Below, in pieces: positions 46,805-58,669 of a stretch of 64,000 nucleotides of DNA; position 1 is the stretch's first letter; every line of letters begins with the position of its first letter. Both the position numbers and the translations under genes were made by a program. The DNA is from Pristiophorus japonicus. Its lineage: Eukaryota. The stretch covers positions 76,508,001 through 76,572,000 of the forward strand of contig NC_091995.1 of NCBI RefSeq assembly GCF_044704955.1, read 5' to 3'. The notes beneath the pieces were generated by a model that saw only the letters and a program-made list of their open reading frames with translations, made no database searches and was not told where the DNA came from.

Positions 46805-49800
46805 ATAAGAACATAAGAATTAGGAACAGGAGTAGGCCATCTAGCCCCTCGAGCCTGCTCCGCCATTCAATAAGATCATGGCTGATCTGGTCGTGGACTC
46901 AGCTCCACTTACCCGCCCTCTCCCCATAACCCTTAAAAATCTATCTATCTTTGACTTGAAAACATTCAATGACCTAGCCTCAACTGCTTCCTTGGGCAGA
47001 GAATTCCACAGATTCACAACCCTCTGGGAGAAGAAATTCTTTCTCAACTCGGTTTTAAATTGGCTCCTCTGTATTTTGAGGCTGTGCCCCCTAGTTCTAG
47101 TCTCCCCGACCAATGGAAACAAACTCTCTGCCTCTATCTTGTCTATCCCTTTCATGATTTTAAATGTTTCTATAAGATCACCCCTCATCCTTCTGAACTC
47201 CAAGGAGTAAAGACCCAGTCTACTCAATCTATCATCATAAGGTAACCCCCTCATTTCTGGAATCAGCCTAGTGAATCGTCTCTGTACCCCTTCCAAAGCC
47301 AGAATATCCTTCCTTAAGTACTTCAGGTGCGGCCTTACCAATAACTTATACAGTTGCAGCAACACCTCCCTGCTTTTGTACTCCATCCCTTTCGCAATGA
47401 AGGCCAACATTCCATTTGCCTTCCTGATTTCCTGATTACCTGCTGCACCTGCAAACTAACCTTTTGGGATTCATGTACAAGGACCCCCAGGTCCCTCTGC
47501 ACCACAGCATGTTGTAATTTCTCCCCATTCAAATAATATTCCCTTTTACTGTTTTTTTTTTTCCCAAGGTGGATGACCTCACACTTTCCGACATTGTATT
47601 CCATCTGCCAAACCTTAGCCCATTCGCTTAACCTATCCAAATCTCCTTGCAGCCTCTCTGAGTCCTCTACACAACCCGCTTTCCCACTAATCTTAGTGTC
47701 ATCTGCAAATTTTGTTGCACTACACTCTGTCCCCTCTTCTAGGTCATCTATGTATATTGTAAACAGTTGTGGTCCCAGTACTGATCCCTGTGGCACACCA
47801 CTAACCACTGATTTCCAACCCGAAAAGGACCCATTTATCCCGACTCTCTGCTTTCTGTTCGCCAGCCAATTCTCTATCCATGCTAATACATTTCCTCTGA
47901 CTCCGTGTACCTTTATCTTCTGCAGTAACCTTTTGTGTGGCACCTTATCGAATGCCTTTTGGAAATCTAAATACACCACATCCATCGGTACACCTCTATC
48001 CACCATGCTCGTTATATCCTCAAAGAATTCCAGTAAGTTAGTTAAACATGATTTCCCCTTCATGAATCCATGCTGCGTCTGCTTGATTGCACTATTCCTA
48101 TCCAGATGTCCCGCTATTTCTTCCTTGATGATAGTTTCAAGCATTTTCCCCACTACAGATGTTAAACTAACTGGCCTATAGTTACCTGCCTTTTGCCTGC
48201 CCCCTTTTTTAAACAGAGGCGTTACATTAGCTGCTCTCCAATCCGCTGGTACCTCCCCAGAATCCAGAGAATTTTGGTAGATTATAAACAAATGCATCTG
48301 CTATAACTTCCGCCATCTCTTTTAATACCCTGGGATGCATTTCATCAGGACCAGGGGACTTGTCTACCTTCAGTCCCATTAGTCTGTCCAGCACTACCTC
48401 CCTAGTGATAGTGATCATCTCAAGGTCCTCCCTTCCCACATTCCTATGACCAGCAATTTTTGGCATGGTTTTTGTGTCTTCCACTGTGAAGACGGAAGCA
48501 AAATAATTGTTTAAGGTCTCAGCCATTTCCACATTTCCCATTATTAAATCCCCCTTTTCATCTTCTAAGGGACCAACATTTACTTTAGTCACTCTTTTCC
48601 GTTTTATATATCTGTAAAAGCTTTTACTATCTGTTTTTATGTTTTGCGCAAGTTTACCTTCGTAATCTATCTTCCCTTTCTTTATTGCTTTTTTAGTCAT
48701 TCTTTGCTGTTGCTTAAAATTTTCCCAATCCTCTAGTTTCCCACTAACCTTGGCCACCTTATACGCATTGGTCTTTGATTTGATACTTTCCTTTATTTCC
48801 TTGGTTATCCACGGCTAGTTATCTCTTCTCTTGCCGCCCTTCTTTTTCACTGGAATATATTTTTGTTGCGCATTATGAAAGAGCTCCTTAAAAGTCCTCC
48901 ACTGTTCCTCAATTGTGCCACCGTTTAGTCCTTGTTTCCAGTCTACTTTAGCCAACTCTGCCCTCATCCCACTGTCGTCCCCTTTGTTTAAGCATAGTAC
49001 GCTCGTTTCTGACACAACTTCCTCATCCTCAATCTGTATTACAAATTCAACCATATTGTGATCACTCATTCCGAGAGGATATTTTACGAGGAGATCGTTT
49101 ATTTTTCCTGTCTCGTTACACAGGACCAGATCCAAAATGGCTTGCTCCCTTGTAGGCTCTGTTACATACTGTTCTAAGAAACAATCCCGTATGCATTCTA
49201 TGAATTCCTCCTCCAGGCTACCCCCTGCGATTTGATTTGACCAATCGATATGTAAAATCCCCCATAACTACTGCCGTTCCTTTTTCACATGCCTCCATTA
49301 TTCCCTTGATTATTGACTGTCCCACCATGAAGTTATTATTTGGGGGCCTATAAACTACGCCGACCAGTGACTTTTTCCCCTTACTATCTCTATCTCCACC
49401 CACAATGTTTCAACATTTTGTTCATTGGAGCCAATATCATCCCTCACAACTGCCCTGATATCATCCTTTATTAACAGAGCTACCCCACCTCCTTTCCCTT
49501 CTTGCCTATCTTTCTGAATCGTCAGATACCCCTGTATGTTTAATTCCCAGTCTTGGCCACCTTGCAACCATGTTTCTGTAATGTCCACCAAATCATACCC
49601 GTTTGTAATGATTTGTGCCGTCCACTCATTTACTTTATTTCGAATGCTGCGTGCATTTAGGTAGAGTGTTTTCATCCTAGTTTTTAAACCATGATTTTTA
49701 GTTTTTACCCCTCCTGCAGCCCTTTTAATATTCAGTGGCCCTTTTTGTTTCTTGCCTTTGGTTTCTCTGCCCTCCACTTTTACTCATCTCTTTTCTGTCT

Positions 49801-51000
49801 TTTGTTTTTGTCTCCTTTTTGTTTCCCTCTGTCTCCCTGTATTGGTTCCCATCCCCCTGCCATATTAGTTTAACTCCTCACCAACAGCACTAGCAAACAC
49901 TCCCCCTAGGACATTGGTTCCGTTCCTGCCCAAGTGCAGACCGTCCGGTTTGTACTGGTCCCACCTCCCCCAGAACCTGTTCCAATGCCCCACGAATTTG
50001 AATTCCCTCCCTGCTGCACCACTGCTCAAGCCACGTATTCATCTGTGCTATCCTGCGATTCCTACTCTGACTAGCACGTGGCACTGGTAGCAATCCAGAG
50101 ATTACTACTTTTGAGGTCCTACTTTTTAATTTAACTCCTAGCTCCTTAAATTCGTCTCGTAGGACCTTATCCCTTTTTTTTTTTTACCTATGTCGTTGGT
50201 ACCAATGTTCACCACAACAACTGGCTGTTCTCCCTCCCTTTTCAGAATGTCCTGCACTCGCTCGGAGACATCCTTGACCCTTACACCAGGGAGGCAACAT
50301 ACCAACCTGGAGTCTCGATTGCGGCCGCAGAAACACCTATCTATTCCCCTTATGATTGAATCCCCTATCACTATCGCTCTCCCACTCTTTTTTATGCCCT
50401 CCTGTACAACAGAGCCAGCCACGGTGCCATGAACTTGGCTGCTGTTGCTCTCCCCTGATGAGTCATCTCCCTCAACAGCACTCAAAACAGTGTATCTGTT
50501 TTGCAGGGGGATGACCAGATGGGACCCCTGCACTACCTTCTTTGTACTACTCTTCCTGCTGGTCTTCCATTCCCTAGCTGGCTGTGGATCCTTCTCATGC
50601 GGTAAGACCAACTCACTACACGTGCCACTTATGTCATTCTCAGCATCGTGGATGCTCCAGAGTGAATCCACCCTCAGCTCCAATTCCGCAACGCGGTCCA
50701 TCAGGAGATGGAGGCGGATACACTTCTTACACACGTAGTCGTCAGGGACACCGGAAGCGTCCCTGAGTTCCCACATGGCACAGGAGGAGCATATCACGTG
50801 ACCGAGCTCTCCTGCCATGCCTTAACCCTTAGATACCCTTAAATTGGTAATAACAATGTTACAGTTTACTTACTGATATAAAAATAAAAAGAAAAGCTAC
50901 ACACCAATCACTTACCCCATTGGCTGTGACGTCACCTTTTGATTCCTTTCTACTTTTTTGCTTTCTCTCCCGCTGTAGCTGCACCGGTACGCCTTTTATA
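46805..51000 (-). mobile_element. Essentially full-length CR1 LINE (4.2 kb; (GTTCTTAT)n tail family), frameshifted
   Basis: 5'UTR, ORF1 from 50818, ORF2 endonuclease (LYLNARSIRNK, ITETWL, VVYRPP, MGDF, SDHN) and RT (YRPVSLTS, PQGSVLGP, KFADD). Confidence 0.95.
49890..50818 (-). pseudogene. CR1 ORF1 (Cys-rich zinc finger plus SGNH esterase-like domain), frameshifted near 50170
   Basis: CSSC...CKKC zinc finger; VIGDSIIRG, CLPG, VVVNIGTND esterase blocks; continuation LPVPRAS in ORF 49890-50093. Confidence 0.85.
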
Positions 51001-52015
51001 GGCTCTCATCAAAGTCACAAATGACATCCTCTATGACTGGGACAAAGGCAAATTATCCCTCCTTGTCTTTCTTGACTTGTCTGCAGCCTTTGACACAGTT
51101 GACCACTCTATCCTTCTCCAACACCTCTCCACCACCGTCCAACTGGGTGGGACTGCACTCGCCTGGTTCCATTCCTATCCATCTAATCATAGCCAGAGAA
51201 TCACCTGCAACAGCTTCTCTTCCTTGGCGACATCCTCCGAAAACACTCAGTTTCCACATGTACACTGATGATACCCAGCTCTACCTCACTACCACTTCTC
51301 TCAGCTCAACAATCCCCGCCCCTCCCCCACCCCGAGATGTCTGCGCTCCTCTAATTCTGCCCTCTTGAGCATCACTGATTATAATCGCTCCACCATTGGT
51401 GGGCGCGCCTTCTGTTGCCTAGGAACTCCCTCCCTAAACCTCTCCGCCTCGCTTTCCTTCTTCAGGATGCTCCTTAAAACCCACCTCTTTCACCTGCCCT
51501 AATTTCTCCTTATGCAGCTCGGTGTCAAATTTTTCTCCCTACTCCTATAGTGCCTTGGGATGTTTCACTACATTAAAGGCGCTATATAAATGCAAGTTGT
51601 TGTGGTGTGGAATTCGGGTCCTGCACAGATACATAAATGGAGCTGAACCGTAATCAGATCACTGGTGTTCGTGGAACCACATCACGGAAAATCAGTGCTT
51701 TTGTAGAAAGGGGGCGGGAGAGAAGAAACACAGCTCTTTATGTTTGAGGGATTTTAGAATCCACATCAATTGCTGTTCGTATATTTCCCTGTGTGGTACA
51801 TGCAAACTACAAAACCGGTTAAAATTCCATCCTTAAAGTGGGTCTCCTTCATACCAGCATTGAATCAGTGTGCAAAAAATTGGATTGTTTTACAGTAATA
51901 AGCAATGGTTCATTCAGACTGCTCCTACCTCTGTTTCTGGTCATTCTGGCGCAAGCTGGTTTCACCTCGAGGTGTTTGGAATATTGTGAAGTAAAACACT
52001 TTGTTTGCTGTTTAG

Positions 52016-52171
<156 letters not shown>

Positions 52172-52424
52172 TAAGATAGAGCTGTACTGCAAGGTCACTC
52201 TAGACAATCATAATGGTATGTTTACAATATTGCTTTCCTTCCTACAATCTGCAGGCTATTAAAGTTTATCCTCGCCTAATCACTGCCCTAGTTTACCTTG
52301 TCTTCTGTCCTGTTTTTTTTTCAACCTTGAACCATCTGGCTGTGGTTCTTCAGCTTACCTTATGCTTTGGTTTGTTTTGCTCCTTGTGCTGTTTTAGCCG
52401 ATAGTGGGGATACTGTAATCAATG

Positions 52425-52882
52425 TTCCTGAACTGCGAACAGTTTTGGTCTTTAAGGAGGGATATCCTTGCATTGGAGACGTTTCACTAGATTGATTCCT
52501 GGGATGAAGAAAGATTGAGCAGGTTGGGCCTATACGCACTGGATTTTAGAAGAATGAGAGGTGATCTTATTGAAACATACAAGATTCTGAGTTGGCTTGA
52601 CAGGGTCGATGCAGAGAGGATGTTTCCCCTCGTCGGGGAATCTAGAACTAGGGGCCATAGTTTCAGAATAAAACAGAGATGAGGAGGAATTTCTTCTCTC
52701 CGGGTTGTGAATCTTTGGAATTCTCTACTTCAGAGAGTTGTGGAGACTGGGTCGTTGACTATATTTAAAGCGGAGATAGAGAAATTTGAGGTTATGCGAG
52801 CGGGCAGGAAAGTGGAGTTGAGGCCACGATCTTATTGAATGGCAGAGCAGGCTCGAGGGGCCAAATGGCCTACTCCTATTAT
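52425..52882 (+). mobile_element. CR1 LINE 3' end with deletions
   Basis: agaagaatgagaggtgatcttattgaaac...aaatggcctactcct. Confidence 0.8.
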
Positions 52883-53171
52883 TGTGTTAAGCCGTGCGGT
52901 GGTTTGGAGGTGGAGGTACTGCACAGGCCGGTCACCGGCTTTTGAATGGAAAAACTGCACATTTGTGGAAATTTGAATGGGCCATACATCATTAAAGGGG
53001 CCATGTACCCCCCCACCCCCCCAAAAAAAATGAGGAAACATTGAATATAATTACTCTTGGCATCCCTAAGGGAGAGGGGAAAGTTAGCCAGAGGTCCTGT
53101 TGCTCATCACAATCAGTTAACGCCTGCAGGAATTGGGTGCATGTGTGGTGACGCATTTGGGTGCGTTATAA

Positions 53172-56100
53172 CATAGAAACATAGAAAATAGGTGCAGGAG
53201 TAGGCCATTCGGCCCTTCTAGCCTGCACCGCCATTCAATGAGTTCATGGCTGAACATGCAACTTCAGTACCCCATTCCTGCTTTCTCACCATACCCCTTG
53301 ATTCCCCTAGTAGTAAGGACTTCATCTAACTCCTTTTTGAATATATTTAGTGAATTGGCCTCAACAACTTTCTGTGGTAGAGAATTCCACAGGTTCACCA
53401 CTCTCTGGGTGAAGAAATTCCTCCTCATCTCGGTCCTAAATGGCTTCCCCCTTATCCTTAGACTGTGACCCCTGGTTCTGGACTTCCCCAACATTGGGAA
53501 CATTCTTCCTACATCTAACCTGTCGAACCCCATCAGAATTTTAAACTTTTCTATGAGGTCCCCTCTCATTCTTCTGAACTCCAGTGAATACAAGCCCAGT
53601 TGATCCAGTCTTTCTTGATAGGTCAGTCCCGCCATCCCGGGAATCAGTCTGGTGAACCTTCGCTGCACTCCCTCAATAGCAAGAATGACCTTCCTCAGGT
53701 TAGGAGACCAAAACTGTACACAATACTCCAGGTGTGGCCTCACCAAGGCCCTGTACAATTGTAGCAACACCTCCCTGCCCCTGTACTCAAATCCCCTCGC
53801 TATGAAGGCCAACATGCCATTTGCTTTCTTAACCGCCTGCTGTACCTGCATGCCAACCTTCAATGACTGATGTACCATGACACCCAGGTCTCTTTGCACC
53901 TCCCCTTTTCCTAATCTGTCACCATTCAGATAATAGTCTGTCTCTCTGTTTTTACCACCAAAGTGGATAACCTCACATTTATCCACATTATACTTCATCT
54001 GCCATGCATTTGCCCACTCACCTAACCTATCCAAGTCACTCTGCAGCCTCATAGCATCCTCCTCGCAGCTCACACTGCCACCCAACTTAGTGTCATCCGC
54101 AAATTTGGAGATACTACATTTAATCCCCTCGTCTAAATCATTAATGTACAGTGTAAACAGCTGGGGCCCCAGCACAGAACCTTGCGGTACCCCACTAGTC
54201 ACTGCCTGCCATTCTGAAAAGTCCCCATTTACTCCTACTCTTTGCTTCCTGTCTGACAACCAGTTCTCAATCCATGTCAGCACACTACCCCCAATCCCAT
54301 GTGCTTTAACTTTGCACATTAATCTCTTGTGTGGGACCTTGTCGAAAGCCTTCTGAAAGTCCAAATATACCACATCAACTGGTTCTCCCTTGTCCACTCT
54401 ACTGGAAACATCCTCAAAAAATTCCAGAAGATTTGTCAAGCATGATTTCCCTTTCACAAATCCATGCTGACTTGGACCTATCATATTACCTCTTTCCAAA
54501 TGCACTGCTATGACATCCTTAATAATTGATTCCATCATTTTACCCACTACCGATGTCAGGCTGACCGGTCTGTAATTCCCTGTTTTCTCTCTCCCTCCTT
54601 TTTTTAAAAAGTGGGGTTACATTGGCTACCCTCCACTCCATAGGAACTGATCCAGAGTCAATGGAATGTTGGAAAATGACTGTCAATGCATCCACTATTT
54701 CCAAGGCCACCTCCTTAAGTACTCTCGGATGCAGTCCATCAGGCCCTGGGGATTTAACGGCCTTCAATCCCATCAATTTCCCCAACACAATTTCCCGACT
54801 AATAAGGATTTCCCTCAGTTCCTCCTCCTTACTAGACCCTCCGACCCCTTTTATATCCGGAAGGTTGTTTGTGTCCTCCTCAGTGAATACTGAACCAAAG
54901 TACTTGTTCAATTGGTCCGCCATTTCTTTGTTCCCCGTTATGACTTCCCCTGATTCTGACTGCAGGGGACCTACGTTTGTCTTTATTAACCTTTTTCTCT
55001 TTACATACCTATAGAAACTTTTGCAATCTGTCTTAAAGTTCCCTGCAAGCTTCTTCTCGTACTCCATTTTCCCTGCCCTAATCAAACCCTTTGTCCTCCT
55101 CTGCTGAGTTCTAAATTTCTCCCAGTCCCCAGGTTCGCTGCTATTTCTGGCCAATTTGTATACCACTTCCTTGGCTTTAATGCTATCCCTGATTTCCCTT
55201 GATAGCCACGGTTGAGCCACCTTCCCTTTTTTATTTTTACGCCAGACTGGAATGTACAATTGTTGTAGTTCATCCATGCGGTCTCTAAATGTCTGCCATT
55301 GCCCATCCACAGTCAACCACTTCAGTATCATTCGCCAATCTATCCTAGCCAATTCACGCCTCGTACCTTCAAAGTTACCCTTCTTTAAGTTCTGGACCAT
55401 GGTCTCTGAATTAACTGTTTCATTCTCCATCCTAATGCAGAATTCCACCATATTATGGTCACTCTTCCCCAAGGGGCCTCGCACAACGAGATTGCTAATT
55501 AATCCTCTCTCATTATGCAACACCCAGTCTAAGATGGCCTCCCCCCTAGTTGGTTCCTCGACATATTGGTCTAAAAATCCATCCCTTATGCACTCCAGGA
55601 AATCCTCCTCCACCGTATTGCTTCCAGTTTGGTTAACCCAATCTATGTGCATATTAAAGTCACCCATTATAACTGCTGCACCTTTATTGCACGCACCCCT
55701 AATTTCATGTTTGATGCCCTCCCCAACATCACTACCACTGTTTGGAGGTCTGTACACAACTCCCACTAAACGTTTTTTGCCCTTTGGTATTCTGCAGCTC
55801 TACCCATATAGGTTCCACATCATCCAAGCTAATGTCCTTCTGAACTATTGCATTAATCTCCTCTTTAACCAGCAATGCTATCCCACCTCCTTTTCCTTTT
55901 ATTCTATCCTTCCGAAATGTTGAATACCCCTGGATGTTGAGTTCCCAGCCCTGATCATCCTAGAGCCACGTCTCTGTAATCCCAATCACATCATATTTGT
56001 TAACATCTATTTTCACAGTTAATTCATCCACCTTATTGCGGATACTCCTTGCATTAAGACACAAAGCCTTCAGGTTTGTTTTTTTAACACCCTTTGTCCT

Positions 56101-56361
56101 TTTAGAATTTTGCTGTACAGTGGCCCTTTTTGTTCTTTGCCTTGGGTTTCTCTGCCCTCCACTTTTCCTCATCTCCTTTCTGTCTTTTGCTTTTGCCTCC
56201 TTTTTGTTTCCCTCTGTCTCCCTGCATTGGTTTCCATCCCCCTGCCATATTAGTTTAAATCCTCCCCAACAGCACTAGCAAACACTCCCCCTAGGACATT
56301 GGTTCTGGTCCTGCCCAGGTGCAGACCGTCCGGTTTGTACTGGTCCCACCTCCCCCAGAAC
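53172..56361 (-). mobile_element. Young CR1 LINE with near-complete ORF2 (same family as 7544-9745)
   Basis: ORFs 55960-56172, 54540-55766 and 53264-54547 together cover EN and RT; (TTCTATGT)n tail; truncated within the ORF1 3' end. Confidence 0.95.
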
Positions 56362-57092
56362 GCCCTCTCCTGGTTCATTGGCAGCTATCATTCCCTGTCA
56401 CGCATGGATAATGGCCTCTTAGATGAGGTATCAGAGGGCTACTGCCTCTGGACACATACTCCAGCTGGGAGACAATGCCTTCAGGAGACAAAGGAAAACG
56501 AATAAGGAGAGAAGGCTAATTGTAATGCCTGCAATTTCTCACACATTGGGAACAGGGAGACAATCTCACATCAGAAGGTGGGAATGCTAAATCCTCATGG
56601 CTTCTCATGCATCTTTCGTTGGCCAATTGAGCAGCAGGGGCCTAGTCCAGTCTAGAAGTAAGAAAAGGCATGGAGAAGGGTTGGGTTTCAGCAGCAGATA
56701 AGCTGGGGCAAGAACAGGCGATGTTTTATTGAACCACAGCAACCGGCAAATGGAGCCTCCGATTAACAGTGGATAGTATCTATGCCATTTGCAGCGCTCC
56801 CTCAGTTGAGCACCGGAGTGTCGACAAGATTATGGAACTCAAAACCATTACCTTCTGCTCAAGCGGCATGCAAGTCTATCAATAAAATTGGGACTACTGT
56901 GCCCTATCAAACTAATTCTGATCTCGCCTGCATGGTTATTTAATATACTCCCAGTTCCTGCAGCTTTTGTTTACCGTCTCCCAACAACTGCTAGATTTTG
57001 TTACCGGAGGGCGCTGGTAGAATTATGCTGCTACCTGAGCAACAATGGGAAATTCCAGTTTGAGCTATAACCGAACCTTTTTCCCCTTCCAG

Positions 57093-57197
57093 GCATGGCG
57101 ACCATCTGCAACATGGGGGCCGAGATCGGAGCGACCACCTCCGTTTTCCCCTACAATTCCAGGATGAAGACATACATGGACAAGACCGGCAGAGAAG
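57093..57197 (+). CDS. ACO2: ACO2 coding exon 7 (105 nt)
   Basis: ccttccag|(G)[34 protein letters not shown]|gtgggt. Confidence 0.97.
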
Positions 57198-57540
57198 GTG
57201 GGTCCGAGGAGAATGGCTGACTTACTTACTTGTTGATAATTGCACCTAGAGGGTAGATGAGAATTTATTCGATAGTATTTCAAAGTGTGGTTCAAAATGA
57301 ACAAGTGATGGGACATGAGTGACGAAGGAAGACTGGAGTAAGTTGGTCTCGTTTAGCTTGAAAAGAGGTGACTGAGATGTTACATTATATAGCTTGCATT
57401 GTAGAAATATGTAGACTGTAATGTATGGATGAGTTAAATCCAAAGTATGTCTTCAGCATTTTCAGCCTTGTTCTTAATTTGAACGGTCAGTATGTCAGAA
57501 AGAGCTTCTTTATGTAACAGTGATGGAATGGCCTTCTGAG

Positions 57541-57712
57541 CAACGTTTCCTGCAGGCTGCACTATGTTGCACAGCCTGTTTCTTTCAAAGCGCAATCCCT
57601 TTAAATTTCTGCGCATGCGCAGTATTCCAATATAAAAGCTTGTGAGCGAACAGGGAGGGAAGTTGGAGATTACTGCGCGGCCGCACACGCGCACAGCTTA
57701 GAGGGAACATTG
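57541..57712. mobile_element. hAT-like MITE (172 bp)
   Basis: Imperfect TIRs caacgtttcctgcaggctg / cagcttagagggaacattg; 8-bp TSD cttctgag (57533-57540) / cttctgaa (57713-57720). Confidence 0.7.
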
Positions 57713-58669
57713 CTTCTGAATATATCGATACAGGCGGAAACCTTTGTCCGTTCAAGATTTGTGAAGCTTTTTCCCTCCGCGACTGCACTAAGTTGAGGCG
57801 GCCACCTCTGTATTTACCTCGTGCTCACATTATCGGTGCATTACAGAGATTCTCTTCCATCATTAAGGCTACTAAGTCTTTAAGTCACAGCTCCTTTGAA
57901 GATTCAGTTGCTAAATTCACCGCCCAGCGTGGACCAAATTAATAATGCTTTGGGTTTGGGGCTGGGTCTGCGCTGCTAAGACTAGAGCAACAGTCGGGGA
58001 GGGACTGTAATTGGCCTCGGTGTGGGCTGAGGTGGATTGCTATCATTTCAATTCAGCGGCCTCCTACTGCTGACCTCAGCAACTCCACCAAGCCCGTTTC
58101 TGTGCTGCGCATTCTTCATCCGCCCCCACCCCACCCCCAAGATGAGGGGAATCGGCATTCTGCATTTATGTCCAAATATTAAGACCGAGGGAGAGGCCAG
58201 TATTCCTCATTTGCTGGTGTGCTCCACGCATTGTTCCACTCTGCCAGCTACTGAGATGAACTGAATCTGTTTCGGGCACACATTTCGGAAACATGAAAAT
58301 AATTCTCTAAACCTTCTTCTATCAAGCAGGAATCAGCAGTGAGTTACTGCTTCAGTTTTGTTCTTGGCTTTCGGACACCGCCTAAGTCTAGTAACACTAC
58401 AAGCGCACTGCAAATTCCACATTTTGTCTTTAGAATAATGTGGGAGGGGGAGGGAGAAGGGAAGGCAGTAACTGGCCATTGATTACACTGTCCTCAGCCA
58501 GCAAGCAGCGAGGCATTTTTATGTATGCAATTATTCAAAATATTACACTATAAATTGAGCGGTGGGACTTCTCTATGTAGCCTGGAATACTGTGACTCTG
58601 TTTGAATTTCCACCCCTTTCACATGGAATTTTACCCCCTCTCCTGAAGTCGCCATCTATTCTGCATATC

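Larger units (their letters stand above)
46236..51604 (+). mobile_element. L2 LINE split by a CR1 (pieces 46236-46804 and 51001-51604)
   Basis: PTSCSLDPIPT, YRSISNIPFLFKVLERVV, LSAAFDTVDHSILL, HMYTDDTQLY; ccgaaac|ggctctcatcaaag rejoins across the CR1. Confidence 0.8.

Noticed and set aside
47573-48181. Long ORFs antisense to CR1 ORF2 (also 55252-55923, 54622-55014, 7910-8311)
   Set aside because: Shadow frames on the opposite strand of LINE coding sequence, repeated in each copy.
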